DNA from: Balanoglossus misakiensis
Taxonomy: Eukaryota > Animalia > Hemichordata
Assembly (NCBI GenBank): GCA_040954595.2
Contig: CM082592.2
Location: 3,922,735 to 3,986,734, forward strand
Direction of reading: 5' to 3'
DNA length: 64,000 nt
The translations under genes were made by a program, and so were the position numbers. Of this stretch, positions 40,381 through 54,178 are shown piece after piece. The notes under the pieces are model-generated. The model made no database searches. It worked only from the letters and a program-made list of their open reading frames with translations, and had not been told where the DNA came from. Numbering within the stretch: position 1 is the first letter of the stretch; each line of letters begins with the position of its first letter.

Positions 40381-42588
40381 ACTTGGCTCAGATGTGCGTT
40401 AATGTGTACTAAACAAATTCAGATAGCGAGCCACAATATCTGTTGATGAGTTTCCATGGCAATCATTTTTTTTCATTTTTTCGAAATGGCCGCCAATACA
40501 GATAATCTCACCCGCAAAATAACAATTATAAAACACCACAATAAATTCATATTACAATATTTGAAACAAGAAACTGCTCAAATTTTCAAAATATATATCA
40601 TCACTAAACTAGTTATAGGGGTAAATACAGGATCGAGATTCAGTCGCTAAAGAAATTCAAGTTTGGTAATAACCCCGGTTACAACAAACTTAGTTAAAAC
40701 ACTGTATAACCATATATATATTATAATAGTGGCCTGGCATAAACACAATTTTCGTAACATTTGGGCATTTTGTGATAAAAGTTTAACAAGTAAAGCTCAG
40801 TTGATTCGTTATTTTCCCCATAAAAATATCTTTGATGAACAAAATTCCAAATTTAGTCAACCCAGGAAAAAACGGCATCTTGTTTCTCAACCTTATAAAT
40901 TGATCTGATCAGTTTGAATCAGTGCAGAATCCAGCTTTTCTATTTTATCTTCATCAAATGATTCATGCAGATAAAGAATCACTTCCCCATAAAATGATGG
41001 CAGAAATCCAGTATCATGACAGTCGATTGGTTTGTTAAAGTTACTATAGAAACTAACTATGTCTAGGGTGCATGTACATAGATAGATATTAGGAATCATA
41101 ATCAAAATCTGTTTCAAACTTTTCATCCAATACTTGTCCTTCGGAAAGCGTTTTGATGAAGTCGCTTGAAGTGCTTTGTATTGCTCATGTTATCGATAAT
41201 TTTAATCACACCTTGATGATAGTCAGCAGTTCTATTTTGACATGTTATTTTGTGTATTTGTGAACCCCCAAAAGAATAAAATGATAAAGTGAAAATAAGC
41301 TTCAAAACACGAAAAGTCTTCAGGATCACAGCTTTTCTGTAAAGAGTAAGATTTCGCTTACTTCATGCTATTAAATGAAATGAAGTTTTCCGTAATATCT
41401 CTTGCAAAGTCAGATCTTTACACATTGAGATATTAGAATGGAAGTACATTCCAAGTGACTTGTTGGGAGCCTTGGGGCACCTAATCCCAGAAAATTGCAA
41501 TAAGACCTGTTTTTCCATTTACCAATCTAAAGGCCAACTGCTTGTATATTTAGTTGGGTTTCTATAATTAACACACATTTTTGACAATATTTATGGCATG
41601 ATGGACACTATTCTCGACAAATAAAATAATGTTGTGTCCTCCGGTGTAATTTTTATGAGTTTGGAATCATAGACACCATTTATCTTTTGGTCAACTCTGT
41701 TAACAGTCGCCAAAATTGCTGGAGTGGAACTGATACATGATCTAAAGTATCAAGACATATGGTCGATTATTAACGTTTCAGCAATTTGACTTAAGTTTCT
41801 TTGGCATTTTGACAAATATTAACGCCCCGAAAAAACGTTGTCAACGCTGCGGTGGCGATTGTGGTCGAAACAAAGCCGCTTGGTTCGTTACCCGGGGTCC
41901 ATTTTAGATTGCATTGCGTTTGAGGCCCTATGTCTGTCGACCAATAAACGTGACGACCGCGGACTCAGTTTGGATCAACGTCTATTTCGGGCAGTGGACT
42001 CTCCTATCAAGTTGATAAGGAAATTTTACCAGTCACGAGTAACACTGAGTAAGCCAAGCCCACATCCGTGTGCAATTCGAATATATCGGTGATCTGTTTA
42101 TATGATTATCATTAGCTAAGGTGGTAAACTGTTGTGATTCATATGTGTAATTTACGTACTGCAAGTTAAATATCGCAATTAGCCTAATGTTTGACCATAG
42201 ACAGTATGGTTTGACTTCTAGAGGAGCACCTATTAATCCGAAAGGGATTAAAAGTTGTGCCTTTAAATTGCGTTTTGATAACTTACTTACCCCTATAAGT
42301 AGTTTAGTAACCATAATATCTTTGCAAATCATTCTTTCCACAGTTCCTTGTATCAAATATAGTAATCTAAATTTATTTTGGTGTTTGCAGATGTTATTTG
42401 GTGGGTGAAATTATCTGTATTGGTGGCCATTTTGAAAAATTGGTTGCCATGGAAACTCATCAACAGATATTTAGTGGCTCCCTATCTGAATTTATTTAGT
42501 ACACATTAACACACATTTGAGCCAAGTTTGGTGCTTTTATCACAAAATGCACAATCGCTATGAAAATTAGGGTTTGGCCGCTCCACTA
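40381..42588. mobile_element. Second Academ-like element nested inside, left tip lost
   Basis: About 40381-40525 is an inverted repeat of about 42391-42527; right terminus GGCCGCTCCACTA. Confidence 0.65.
40660..41810 (-). pseudogene. Degenerate L1/Tx1-clade non-LTR retrotransposon ORF2 (reverse transcriptase) fragment
   Basis: Frameshifted remnants KINGV..IKITPEDTTLF (decayed QYADDTTLF), KSLGMYF, *SKRNLTLYRKAVILKT, LPSFY, GILFIKDI; many stops; boundaries approximate. Confidence 0.65.
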
Positions 42589-43391
42589 CAGGGCTTTAGA
42601 CGGCCATATTGAATTGCCACATCGAGGCTCTTGTCTCAAAATGAACTTCACACTTGAAGTATTGTTTTGAACAAGGTTTAAGTCCTTTATTAAAATAAAG
42701 AAAAGGTAATTTTTTCCAATGCTTGTGAGTTTTCAGTACATGTACTGTTACACCTAGCTTTATTATTATTAGGTAGCCAAAAATCAACGAATTATTCATA
42801 CAATATGCAAATTTTTGCATAATTATTGTTTTATTGTTGCTATTTTGTGTTTATACAACCAAAAAAAGTTGTTGATGTAAACATGTAGTTTAGTTTCATT
42901 GTTTAAGGAGGTACGTGAACATTTCTTTGATGCTATTCATGTGAGAATTGCGATCCTTGGCGGCCATTTTGATTTGCCAAAACGAGGCTCTTATCTCAAA
43001 AAGATCTTTTGGGAACAGGCATTTTCGAAATCAGCGTAGTCGAATTGACCAAAAAACATATTTGGTTTGCTTGTACCAAAAAATGCCAGAGGGGGTCACA
43101 ATTTCTCAAATCTCCACCTGACTAACTCCAAGAGAGAAAAAAACACCTGAAAATTTCTTGAATCTGTTAGAATTATGGAGGAATTTGAGCACGTGAATGG
43201 CAGATAGGCATGTCAATGTCAGTTGAACAGATGAAGTTTTGTGTATTGCACATAGATGATTGAAGTTTAGGAGCATCATGTCTTGAAAATTTCCATTTTC
43301 AATGTTGTAGCATATGTAATGTCACAACCTGTGGGGGCGCACTACCAAGTTACTTATCTGTATATTGGCTGTGGAATTACTAGAGATACTC

Positions 43392-43587
43392 AGATAGACT
43401 GTAACTTAAGTTACAGTGTACTGTAGGTAATAAACTGATCCAGATTTGGGTTGGTTCGACCCTTTTAAGGGATAATCTTTTCTTAATCTAGAGATAGACT
43501 GTAACTTAAGTTACAGTGACGAGTGTACTGTAGGTAAAAAACTGATCCAGATATGTTTTGGTTGGACCCTTTTTAGGGATAATCTTT
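43392..43587. repeat. ~100-bp direct repeat (2 copies), each with a 20-bp perfect palindrome
   Basis: ACTGTAACTTAAGTTACAGT at 43398-43417 and 43498-43517. Confidence 0.9.
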
Positions 43588-45448
43588 CTTTTCCTGGCTT
43601 CAGGCTGAATTTCTGATCATGGAAGAACTGTAACCTTCTAATGCTTCTGGCAAGCCTTTATAATTTTTTTTCTCATCATAATTCTTTTCTTGTGAAATAT
43701 ACTCTTTTGTGTTTAATAATAAATAATTTATGGTCATGTGATGGATAGGATGCATTCTAAGCTTGCCAAAGGGTTTGAGCTGTTCTGAGAAGACCGATAA
43801 GGAAATGTGATTTGGTAAATAATTTCGACCTGTGAATCCAGAACTGTGAACTGAACAGGCAATTATGTGCATATGTCAATGCTACCCTTCTACTTCCCCC
43901 CCAACCCCATCCAAAAGAATCAGAGGGATGCAAAAATTTAAAGGCCGACTATCGTCACATGCACATGTGTGTAATTTTGTGTGTACAAATATTACGTCCA
44001 ATCCAAACGTTCTGCAAATTTTGCGTTCGACGCATTCAAATAATGGACTGCCTTCACTTCCTTACATATTTCATCCGCACCGTATAAGTAGACTTTAGTT
44101 TTGTCTCTCCTTTTCACCCACTTTGCTGTCTTTTCCCGATCGCCTACACAGACTATGGTCGCCAATATCGTGTCTGTTGTTAGGACAGCACACTGCCTTA
44201 CATCATTGACAGTCACAGTTCACTGTATACAATTTTTGTAACCAGAGTCTCTGGTTAGGCACCTGTGCATAGGACGGTTGTGGCCCTTTAATGTCTTCTG
44301 GAGTGTTTACTATAAACGTTGCCAAACGATAGGTATCTTCGCCTGCCAAGGTCTCTTTGCTCTCCGCAAAATTGGTTAGGGAGACTGTAGTCGAGCCAAC
44401 GACCTGTGCGAGTGGACGATGAACAGCCGGTAGAGAACACATAAAAAAAAAGTCATGTAGTTTCTTGCAGAGATGGTGAAATTATACCCAGCACAGTAAT
44501 GTGATGAAACCTGAGAAGTTGGTGCCTTTTAGTCCAGCTGTCAGCCCCTCAGACATGTGTACACCACTGCTCTGTCATTGATGTTAATCGTACAATCATG
44601 AAATCTGGCTATCATTTTCACTCAATTTCTGATTTATGTGACCGACCGACCGACCAACCGACCGGTCATTGAATTACGGTAGTAAGCACCTCAAAAAATC
44701 AAAGTCATAAACTTTTTCTGATGTTTAGCTCAAGCTTTAGATTATTCTGTTTTAAAGATTGAGAATAAGAATAAGTGCAACATTTTTAGTGAGGGAGCCA
44801 AGTTGCTTATAATTTAAAATTCAACAATTGAAAATAGCAATTTTTTTGAAAACTGTAACACATGGATATACCATATGTGGAATGTTGCATATTAATATAA
44901 AAGTAAGTTGTCAGTCTACTAGACTCTAGTGAAGATTCCTTACGTTGGCCATTAGCACCTCAACTTTCGCCAGGGATTCTTGACTGTCCAAACTGCGGTA
45001 GTCTTCCCATACAAACTGCTTCCAGTTCTTTGAACCCATGTATACATGGACACTGTTGCTAGGATACCAGGCTGATGCTGGGCAGTATGTTGGGCGTTCC
45101 ACTGGGACATGTTTTCATATTTAAATATTTTGTCCGGGGGTCATCACAGGTCGCCTCATGTCAACCACGTAAAGTTTGGATAGTGAGTGTAATGAAAATA
45201 TTACACAGGTGATCGTCTGAGGGATATCATAGAGTGTCTATAGATCAAGGTGACTCTCTGTAGGCAGCTTGAGGTAGTGTCAATTGTAAAGTTGAAAACT
45301 AGTCAGACCATAGAGGGCCAAACTCTGTCAGGCTGTCACCTCCCTTTCACCATATTGTTGAAAACTTGGGGGGGGGGGGCGTATGAAAACCATGGGATGA
45401 AACCAATGTGTAGAAGTGGAGGGTTGTGTGGTGCTATTAAGCTATTAA

Positions 45449-45536
45449 CCCTTTCACCACCATGGTTTAGTCCAACCAATTGATTTCTATGGAAAGGTTG
45501 CATGGACCTCTATAGAGGGAACTGGGGGTGAAAGGG
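45449..45536. mobile_element. ~88-bp piggyBac-like MITE
   Basis: TTAA-CCCTTTCACC ... GGTGAAAGGG-TTAA. Confidence 0.85.
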
Positions 45537-48500
45537 TTAAGGGTGGCATGCTAGTTGAAGTGTTTATAAGCTTGGCTGCCTTTTTGCCTGAATTTGTGTC
45601 CGTGAGAATTAAAGCCAGAGAATGATTGGTTTTCATCAAAACTTTCCATATTGGATGCTGTAGACTAATATCCCTTGCTGCTGAACAGGATTGATAAAAG
45701 GGCTGCTCATTGAAAAAGTTACATAAAATTTGTTTGCATCTCTTCTCCCACTAGCTCTTGAACTTCAAATCTGGTTCTATTTATCATGTATGGGGGGGGG
45801 GACCAATATATGCTACATGTACTTGAAGTATATCTTAATTGTGATTTGCCAAATTGGAGGACTAAAGGAGAATTAAGTGCTGCAAGGGTAAACAGCAATT
45901 ATCTTTGACTGAGATGCCCCCCTCTTCACCCTCAGGTCAGTTAAGTTAATCAAAATGTGATCGGCAGGTAACCTTTGAGCTCAAGGACGCCTTCAGGATC
46001 TGCCACATTACATTTTTACAGTTAACATTTTTTCAGTAAAAGTAATTGAAAATGAGCTCATAAAAAGCCAGTGCCCAGTTTCGGGATCTTCGACCCTCGT
46101 AAATCCGACACTTTCTTTTTTCATGTGTGTGTTTTAATCTCCTTCGATGGTTTTTATGGGACGCGATGTTTGAGTGTCTTCCTTGTGGGTTTTTTTTTGT
46201 ACCTGTGATTTCACGACCTTTTTCTCTCACTCTCAGTAGCTACGCTACCTGGTTGTCTGATCGGAAGAATGCAACCGCTATTTTGTTCTCCGGGCAGGGA
46301 ATTTCTGGAGCAAAGCGAAGATCGGTAGTTAAAATCTGTCGGTGGTGACGAGAGTCTTCATTTGCATGCACTGAAGTGAAGTGTGTGTGTCAAAGTAGCC
46401 ACTGTTCAGGCCAAATAATAGACTTTTATTGCTGACTTCTTTGTGTTAGTTTTGTTGTTGATTGTCACGGTCACGGTCGGTTCATAAGAGTAAAGATTTC
46501 CTCTTAAAACTGGTGACCACGTCTTGCAAATCATTGCCGTATTTCCATCATTTGTCAGTGTGTATATTTAAAGGGACAAAGTCTCCCAGTTTTGACATTA
46601 TTTTGGTAATTTCTTTTGAAATGCTGTTGTTCTCCTCACTGAAATATACAGTTCAACTCTCACCCTGTGCATGGTTATAATATGTGAATTCTTCTATAAA
46701 GCAATTTTTGGTACATACCAAAAATTTAATTGTGGAAGTACCGGTAATACAGTATGCCCATGTACAGGGTATGAGTTGAGCTGTGACAACCAGTAATTGT
46801 GCCCATATCAATGAGCTGAACAATATAAATAATATTTCACAAGAAACTTCAATTATAAATAACTGAGATAATGTTAAAAAAATGAGTGAATTTGTCCCTG
46901 TAAGTGTAAGAAATAAAATTGACTTCTGCAGTCCATGTACCTCACTTTGAGTCAATACAACTGCAGTCAGTAGTTGAAGTGCTTCTTGACTTTCCAATAC
47001 AATTTAACAGTCACTGAAGTTTCACCCCAGGGCAAATAGTTGACCTTGAGAAGTTTAGTATATTACTAACCCCTCGGGACATCTCCTCCCAATAAGTCAT
47101 TTATCAATCTAATTTTGTACTCTCACAATCACTTGCTGTTTTGCTGAACCGTAACGTAGGAATTCAGATATTAATAGTTTCAATGAATAAGCGGTTATGG
47201 GGATTCTTGTTTGGCTCTCTCAAGCTCACTTCTAAGATGTTATAGATTGATCATGTTAGCAAAGTTAAGTGATATACAGTAATCATTTAATGAAACCAGA
47301 ACTGTTATAATCAATTTGTGATTAATATTTCGATTTTTGTTGCGTGTTTAACATCAACACATCTTAAGCTTTACTTCAAATAAATAAATATGATGAAAAA
47401 AATGTATTAAAATAGCTCCTTTAATGCAATTTTTTGCAAGTTTATAAAAATGCTGAGGGGTTTAATAAGAATGATGTGAATATTAATAAAACTAGAACAA
47501 AATCTCATGAGAACCTGAGGGACAGCGTCTGAAAGAAGTAAGTTCATTTGGGGCTTGGGTAAATTTGCAGGTAGGAAGCTGAAAATACCGATTAAGGCCT
47601 TCTAATGGTTTGTTTGGCTGAGTGTGAGCAAAAGTATAATATCCTCTTTTTTTTATGAAGAGAGACATTGTATTTAGTGTTCGCATGGGGTTATTTTGCT
47701 AAACACCAGAAGAATACAAACAGGCACGGACGCTAGACTTTATTGGGCTGTTAAAAGCAACGCTTCACTGTTTTTTGATTTTCTCTCGCTCGCTTTATAC
47801 AGAGAACCGTGAATGAAAAAACGCGGAATAATAGCCGTATCTTTAGTGGTTCCATTGTGGGGTCTGCCTTTCCCTTTTTTTATGTACGGGGAGAGATCTG
47901 TTGATCGGAGAGGCGCGTGTGGCGAGACTGAATAAACGAAGCCACTCAAAGCTTTGTGGTGTTTTCTGCTGATCGAGTCCGACAGCTGGGTGTGAAATTG
48001 AAAACGCAAGTCGAAGAAAGTCGGAACAGTCAACTTGTGACACCCAACACAGAGATTTCCTCTCACTTTCTCTCGGGGGAGACAGCGTAGATCTCCTTGG
48101 TTGCTAAGGGATACCGAAGACTCCGCTATGTTATGTGCATGTGCCGGTTTATGAACTTCATGTCCCTGCAGTTGCAACTTGCAAGGTTATCCGTTTTCTA
48201 TACCAAGCTATTTTTTTGCATTGGGAGAATTCAGTAAACTCCTTGTCCTGTCTTGTACTTGACTGTCAATTATGAGAGAACTGCATTGTCACATATCGAA
48301 CTTATCAAACATACAGGTATGTGTATTACCGTAATCGCGCCATCTGTTCGACCAGGAAAAAAATAATTATGATTTACGAAAAGATGAAATAATACAGGAA
48401 AAATAAAATTACGAAAAACATGACTGGTCGAAGTGTGAGAGAACATTTTTTTCGACGGCCATAGGTTTACATGTACTGTATACTATTCAGCTTGTAGTTT

Positions 48501-50647
48501 AGGTGACATTTATGAAAGAATTTGGCTGTTACCGGTGTTTTCAATAGAATGGTTGGCCCAATATACAGGGAATGGGGTTGACAGCTAGGGTTATAGTGAA
48601 ACAGAACATCAACAACCATATGATTTGTGAGGTTTTACTAACTGAGTGAGAGAGAATGTTTGTTTGCGGTGTCCATCCATGTCTGAGGCACCTGAAAGAA
48701 AGTCGCTGCATGCACGTAATATAATCTGAACGGGACTACATTGGCGACACATTCTCCGAGACATGTCAGTGAGACTTGTGATTCTGAGACGCCCATTACG
48801 AAAAACTTCAACAAAACTTGCCTTTACCGTCGTAATTGGCTAAATTTTCTTTGTGAAGCACGTGTCTGCTGTAACGATGTCTGCGTGGCCCATCAAGAGA
48901 CACAATGGCTGCTGCTCTCGGAAACCAATTCCATGGAGCATCGTTTTAATAAGGTGTCGTTACCCCGCCAACAAAAATTGCTTTTTGTCAAGAGCCTGTC
49001 TGAGAGAAAAAAGAGCCACTCCATATCCCATCTCTAATCATTTTTCCTGTGCTTCTGTTCTCAGTAACTGCTTACTGCTGAATTGGATGTTTTTCTCATT
49101 GTGTAGATTTTGAAAGTGACACTTTTCTTGAAAAGAAGGAATTTTACACCTAAGAGTTAAAGACTTCCGATGGCTATACTTAAAAGTTCACACATATTAA
49201 AGGTCATTCCATTTGCAAGATATATAGAATGAAGGAGAGAAACTTGAAACAGGAATGTGTCCTAATGATGCATTTTACTGGGATAGGATACTTCAGATGT
49301 ATATATTTTGGTATGTCTTTTATGCTTTTCATTTTCTATGATTTGCATTAATTTGCATATATTAGAAAAACAACAATACAAATGCATGGAGAAATGTGAT
49401 TGGGCCATATCTTCTGTGAACAGATTCTGTCGATCATTATAGAGTTAGATATACCAGTGAATAGCTGCTCAAAATTGAGACATTAAATAACTTATTATTA
49501 TCAAAAGTCCGTTAAATCTTGATTTTGTATTCCTGCAAGTGCTACAGCCTACAGTGGCAAGTTTTCATCTGAAAAAAAATTGCTGTCAGTCCAGGGGGGA
49601 TTAAAGAGTGGTAGAAAGGGAAAATCTATGAGGAATGTTTTAAGTTCCCAAGGGGGAGGATGTAGGACAAGCCCTTAGTCTGTACTGATGGCAAGATGCC
49701 AGAATGCTTTGCAGGTTAATATCACTTTATTGGAACAGCTCTTTGCAGGTTAAAAGGCTTCACCATGGCAAACGTCAGATTAATGAACAAACAAGTTAGT
49801 CATTTGACTGAAAAGTTTGCCGACGAAAAAGCAGTCAGGAGATCAACCGAAATGGCCTGGCAAACAGACGCGTTCCGTCAGAATTTTTCGGCTTAGTGTT
49901 AAGGCACAGTTTCTATTTTTAGATATCCGTGAAAGTGTGCACGTGAAGGATGTTGACAATGAAATTCAACTAATCAAGTTGCGTGGAAACTCAAGGTCAC
50001 TGTCATGTGCTGATCCTTTGCGCTTGGTTTGCGCCCAGTGAGAAACCAATAATGTAGCTTCTTGATTGGTTGTGGTATTTTTTTTCCGCTACAATCAAGA
50101 TCGGCGCATCTTCCAATCCGCTGAATACAACCAAGTGCTTGAATGCATCGAGATGACCTGATCTTTGCAGTGTTACCATGGCACCGAACGCCGCCATTTT
50201 CATCCCCTGTACAGCTAGTACTAGCCTAACTTGATTTCAGCCCCTATGCAAAATTGTATGTCAGGGTCTGACTTCACAACAGGTGGTTTTACCGGCCACT
50301 TGATTTTTTTTTGATCGTCAAAGTAGAGTGCTCCGGTTTTCTACTTCTGTGACTTGTTAGCACCAACACTCTGTGGATATGGTATTCTGGCATTTCTAAA
50401 TTGATACCGGTGGTCGACAAGAGGTCAGAAACTGAGGGCAGCAGAAATTCTTTGTGCGACTTGCTCCTGTCGTATGCACTGTAATTGTGAATGGTACAAA
50501 AGCACTGATCGGTTTGTCTGTTATAGCCTTCCATTGTCAGGTGACAGAAACCTATGATTTGAAAAAAAACCTTGCGTTATTTGTATTCGATGCCTCAATT
50601 ACTGGCGGTTTGATACGACAGGGAAAGAAAAGTAATGCCACAGTTAA

Positions 50648-50971
50648 AGGGACAAGGTCTCTCTCTCTCTCGCTGCCCCTTTTCCATTAATTATGTTTGA
50701 TACAAGACACCGTTTATGTTATTCTACATATATAGTGAATCAACGTTCGACCACACACAACTTATTCAATCCTGTTTGTAGGATATGAGAGTAAAAAGCT
50801 TGCAAAAATAAATAAACGGTAGAGACCGACTATTCATTTTGGCGAGTTTTTCACTCTGGTGTATACAAGTGGGATGGAAGTTGTGTGTGGTCAACGTGTA
50901 GAATAACACAAACAGTGTCGTATCAAACATAGTTAATGCAAAAAAATAGCGAGAGAGAGACTTTTCTCCCT
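50648..50971. mobile_element. MITE family B, full copy
   Basis: TTAA-AGGGACAAGGTCTCTC ... GAGACTTTTCTCCCT-TTAA; homologous to 18707-19054. Confidence 0.88.
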
Positions 50972-51511
50972 TTAAGAAATACTGCATCCCGATTGACAAT
51001 TGGTGCGTGAATCGTCCGTTGAGTTTGCAGACCTTTACCTTGGTTGGTGTTTCCCCGCTTACTTCCCGACTCCAGCTTTTTGAGAAAATAACCTTGCGAA
51101 ATAATGACCTCCTGTCAGGGGTAGACTTGTCCGCATTATGTTTGATGACACAGTTCGCTGTTTTTTTTCCACCTTTATGCTTTTTGTCTTACTCAAGTAC
51201 CCTACCTCAAATGATGTATTCATTGGATCTTTGTGTCTGTGCCAAGAAGTTTCGCTATAATGTCCCCCCCCCCCCCTTCACAAAACTATTGTTGTGCGTG
51301 CAGATAATAGGCGGCCTGCCATTCATTGATTCAGGGCTCCCCTCTCCGAGTGGTTAATTACTTTTGGTCGGGCCGCCGATAGGGAGACTGCTTTGCTTTT
51401 ACCGTCTGCCTGGGAGCGCTTTACGACACAGACGTATCAGATACCTTTTTTTCGCATGGATTTATAAAAAAAACGTTTCAGTCATCGTTTGCGGGCACAC
51501 CAGAGTCGAAT

Positions 51512-51584
51512 ATGTCGGCGGATCTGAAAAGTCAGCTGAGAAGTAACGCAGGGGTGGTTAAGAAGGTGAAAACTGCCGAGCCAG
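51512..51584 (+). CDS. Candidate first coding exon of an unidentified + strand gene
   Basis: AATATGT start; MSADLKSQLRSNAGVVKKVKTAEP; strong phase-1 donor CAG|GTATGT; CpG-richer upstream region. Confidence 0.5.
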
Positions 51585-52431
51585 GTATGTGCATGAGCTC
51601 CGATCCCCAAGACTTGTGCAGACATGTTACCTATCTGTCATTTATTTTCCTTCTTCTGAACTTGAGTGAAAACACAGTACTACATTTTGCGGTATTTTGT
51701 AATAAAGGGCACCTTACTTTCTGCGCAGTTTTAAACGTTTTGGTGTTAAACTGTCACGCAAGTCTTGATCGCGGAATTTCGAAATATATTTCATACCAAA
51801 ACGATGCACTGGTCTGCTGAGAAACGCAATGAGTTGAAATCAACCACCTGTTTGTCAAAGGTCAAAACACACGCATGTATCATTTTGTCAGGTCATTTGT
51901 GTGCCAAATGTCTCCCTTAATGTTCTTTTGCTTTGTCTGAAGCCTACAATTTTTTCCACTGGAAGTGAAAGGGTTTTACTTGATAGATTTCTGTCTTTCC
52001 AAATAAATTTATGTTAGGCAATTTTTTTCAACGCCAAGAGTTATGCATGTGTACTGTTGACTTTAAATTTATATTTTTAAGATTCAATTTTGGAGGGGCG
52101 TTGGGGGTTGGGGGTGGGCGGAGGGTTGGATTAAGGTGATCTATCAAATACTCTTCAGTGGATGGTTGAACATAGTAGAACTGATTCTGAGATGAAAAAT
52201 AATGAATTTCGATGTTTTGGAATTCAATCATAGATACCAAAATGCCTGCATGTATATATCTAATTATATTATACAAGTATATTGATGGTGTAAATCACGC
52301 TATTTGATTGGTCGAGACACGACACGTGACCGTGATATATTAGCCATATACCACAGTCATATATCATAGTCAAAGAAAATGCCTGTTTAAAATGTTTTAT
52401 GCAAAGTTTCAATATACTGGCATAATATAAT

Positions 52432-52574
52432 AGCAATAAAACACCCCCAGCCATGGTATACCACTCGATTTTGACCAGTTCAACTCCATATACGCACTCG
52501 CTATCGCTCGTGCGTATATGTCGTGAACTGGTCAAAATCTCGTGGTATACCATGGCTGGGGGTGTTTTATTGCT
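52432..52574. mobile_element. Palindromic Crypton-like non-autonomous element
   Basis: AGCAATAAAACACCCCCAGCCATGGTATACCAC ... GTGGTATACCATGGCTGGGGGTGTTTTATTGCT, centre CACTCGCTATCGCTCGTG; upstream TGATTGGTCGA..CACGTGAC. Confidence 0.65.
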
Positions 52575-54020
52575 TAAATAAATGCTGGCTATATGTTCAC
52601 AAATGTCAACTCTGGGATACCCAATTTTTGGCTGTGTCACAAGTTCACAACCAGTTTAGATCCCCCCATAGTTTAGATGCTGTCCTCTGCATAAAATATA
52701 TCAGACTCAAAGTCTGTCTGTCATGATTTGTCTGTCATTGTATTGTGAGAGAAATATTGATTGCTTTTTGTGTAATAAAATGAAAGTAGGAACGTAAACA
52801 GGGAGTCTTTCAACCGACAGTCATTTGACTGCCCTCTACAAAACTTAATTGAAGTAATTGGGTTTATTGATGGAAACATTTTCCAAATTCTTTATTCTTT
52901 ATAAATTAGATGGTGTAAGTTGGAGTATGGAGTTAAAAATATTTGGAGGGAGAGATGCATAAATAATTGAATTAATTAAAAGTATACATCAGCAAGTGAA
53001 TTTTGTTGCAATTGATTTCCAATATGTTATACATGTACTATACTTTTTACCTTCCTTTTCCAGTGCAATGAGTTGACCCAACAAAAAAAACAAAAAAACA
53101 ACAACAACAAACAAATAAAAGTCAACAAAGTTGTACCAAATGATAATGGGATGGTTTGTTGCTAGCTGGCTTATTTTCTTCTTGAGCATGAAATGAAATT
53201 CAGCTACTGATTCTTATTTATAGTTTCTTTTAACAAATCTATGCAAAAGTGTACACATTTTGTTCATAATGATACTCGATTTGGGTCAGGTGTGGTTATT
53301 TGAAAAAGTGAGCCTTGAGGATTTTTTTTCACAATTGGTTTACTTCTGCATGAAAATCGATTTAAAATGTTTCTATGATGTTTTCTGAAATTGGTTCTGG
53401 TGTAAAAAAACCAGACTATATACACATTTTGTGACAGTCGAAAAATTCTGTCAGTGGTGATTCTTCCATTGAAGATGTTGCCATGGTTACCAAAGGGTTT
53501 GCTTTAGGCTGTCTGTGCAGCATTACGGTACACAAGATTTTATGTGACTGCTCAACAAAGATTGCCCAGTTTTAACCCAGGGGATAATGGTGTCCAACTT
53601 CCAAGTTGTAAAATGCAGACATCAGTCTAAATCTTGTTTTTTTTTAGTTTTAAAGAGTACTGAACTTACCCCATTTTGAGAGATAGTGCAGGTTTTGGGA
53701 TAACGTTCCTGCAGGTTTTCTGTGTGTGCGTGCGTGCTTACACACGCGTCTGTCACTCTAGCTGTGTCTCAGTGTTTAGCGATATGTTCTGCTTCGGTAC
53801 AAAAGTCAATGCTTGTTGCGTCCTGCTTATTATATGCTATCAGTGTGTAAGACTTATTGTCTCGCAAGGTTGCGAGACAATAGTCCGACCGCCACTTATC
53901 CATACCCAGGTGTGTAGTTTTCATGCCAATTAGAAACAGATCAGAGGAGACGGGACTTGAAATGTTTGACCTGTTTGTCGCATTTCGGTTCACCTCATTT
54001 CAAGCGGCTTTTTCTGTTTA

Positions 54021-54178
54021 GGCTGCATTCACAAACACCTCTGGAAGGGGGGGGGGGAGAATTGAGAGTGGGGGGGTTGAAAATATTTCGGGTTGTGTAT
54101 AGGGGGCATTTGAAAAATAAAAACAGTAAATAAATTTGAATTCTGCCCTCCCCCCCAGAGGTGTTTGTGAATGCAGCC
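54021..54178. mobile_element. PIF/Harbinger-like MITE, short relative of 3052-3830
   Basis: TTA-GGCTGCATTCACAAACACCTCTGG ... CCAGAGGTGTTTGTGAATGCAGCC-TTA. Confidence 0.88.

Larger units (their letters stand above)
38501..43124. mobile_element. Academ-like non-autonomous DNA transposon (composite)
   Basis: Termini TAGTCAGGTGGA ... TCCACCTGACTA, ~125-bp imperfect TIR, 3-bp TSD ACT (38498-38500, 43125-43127). Confidence 0.82.
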
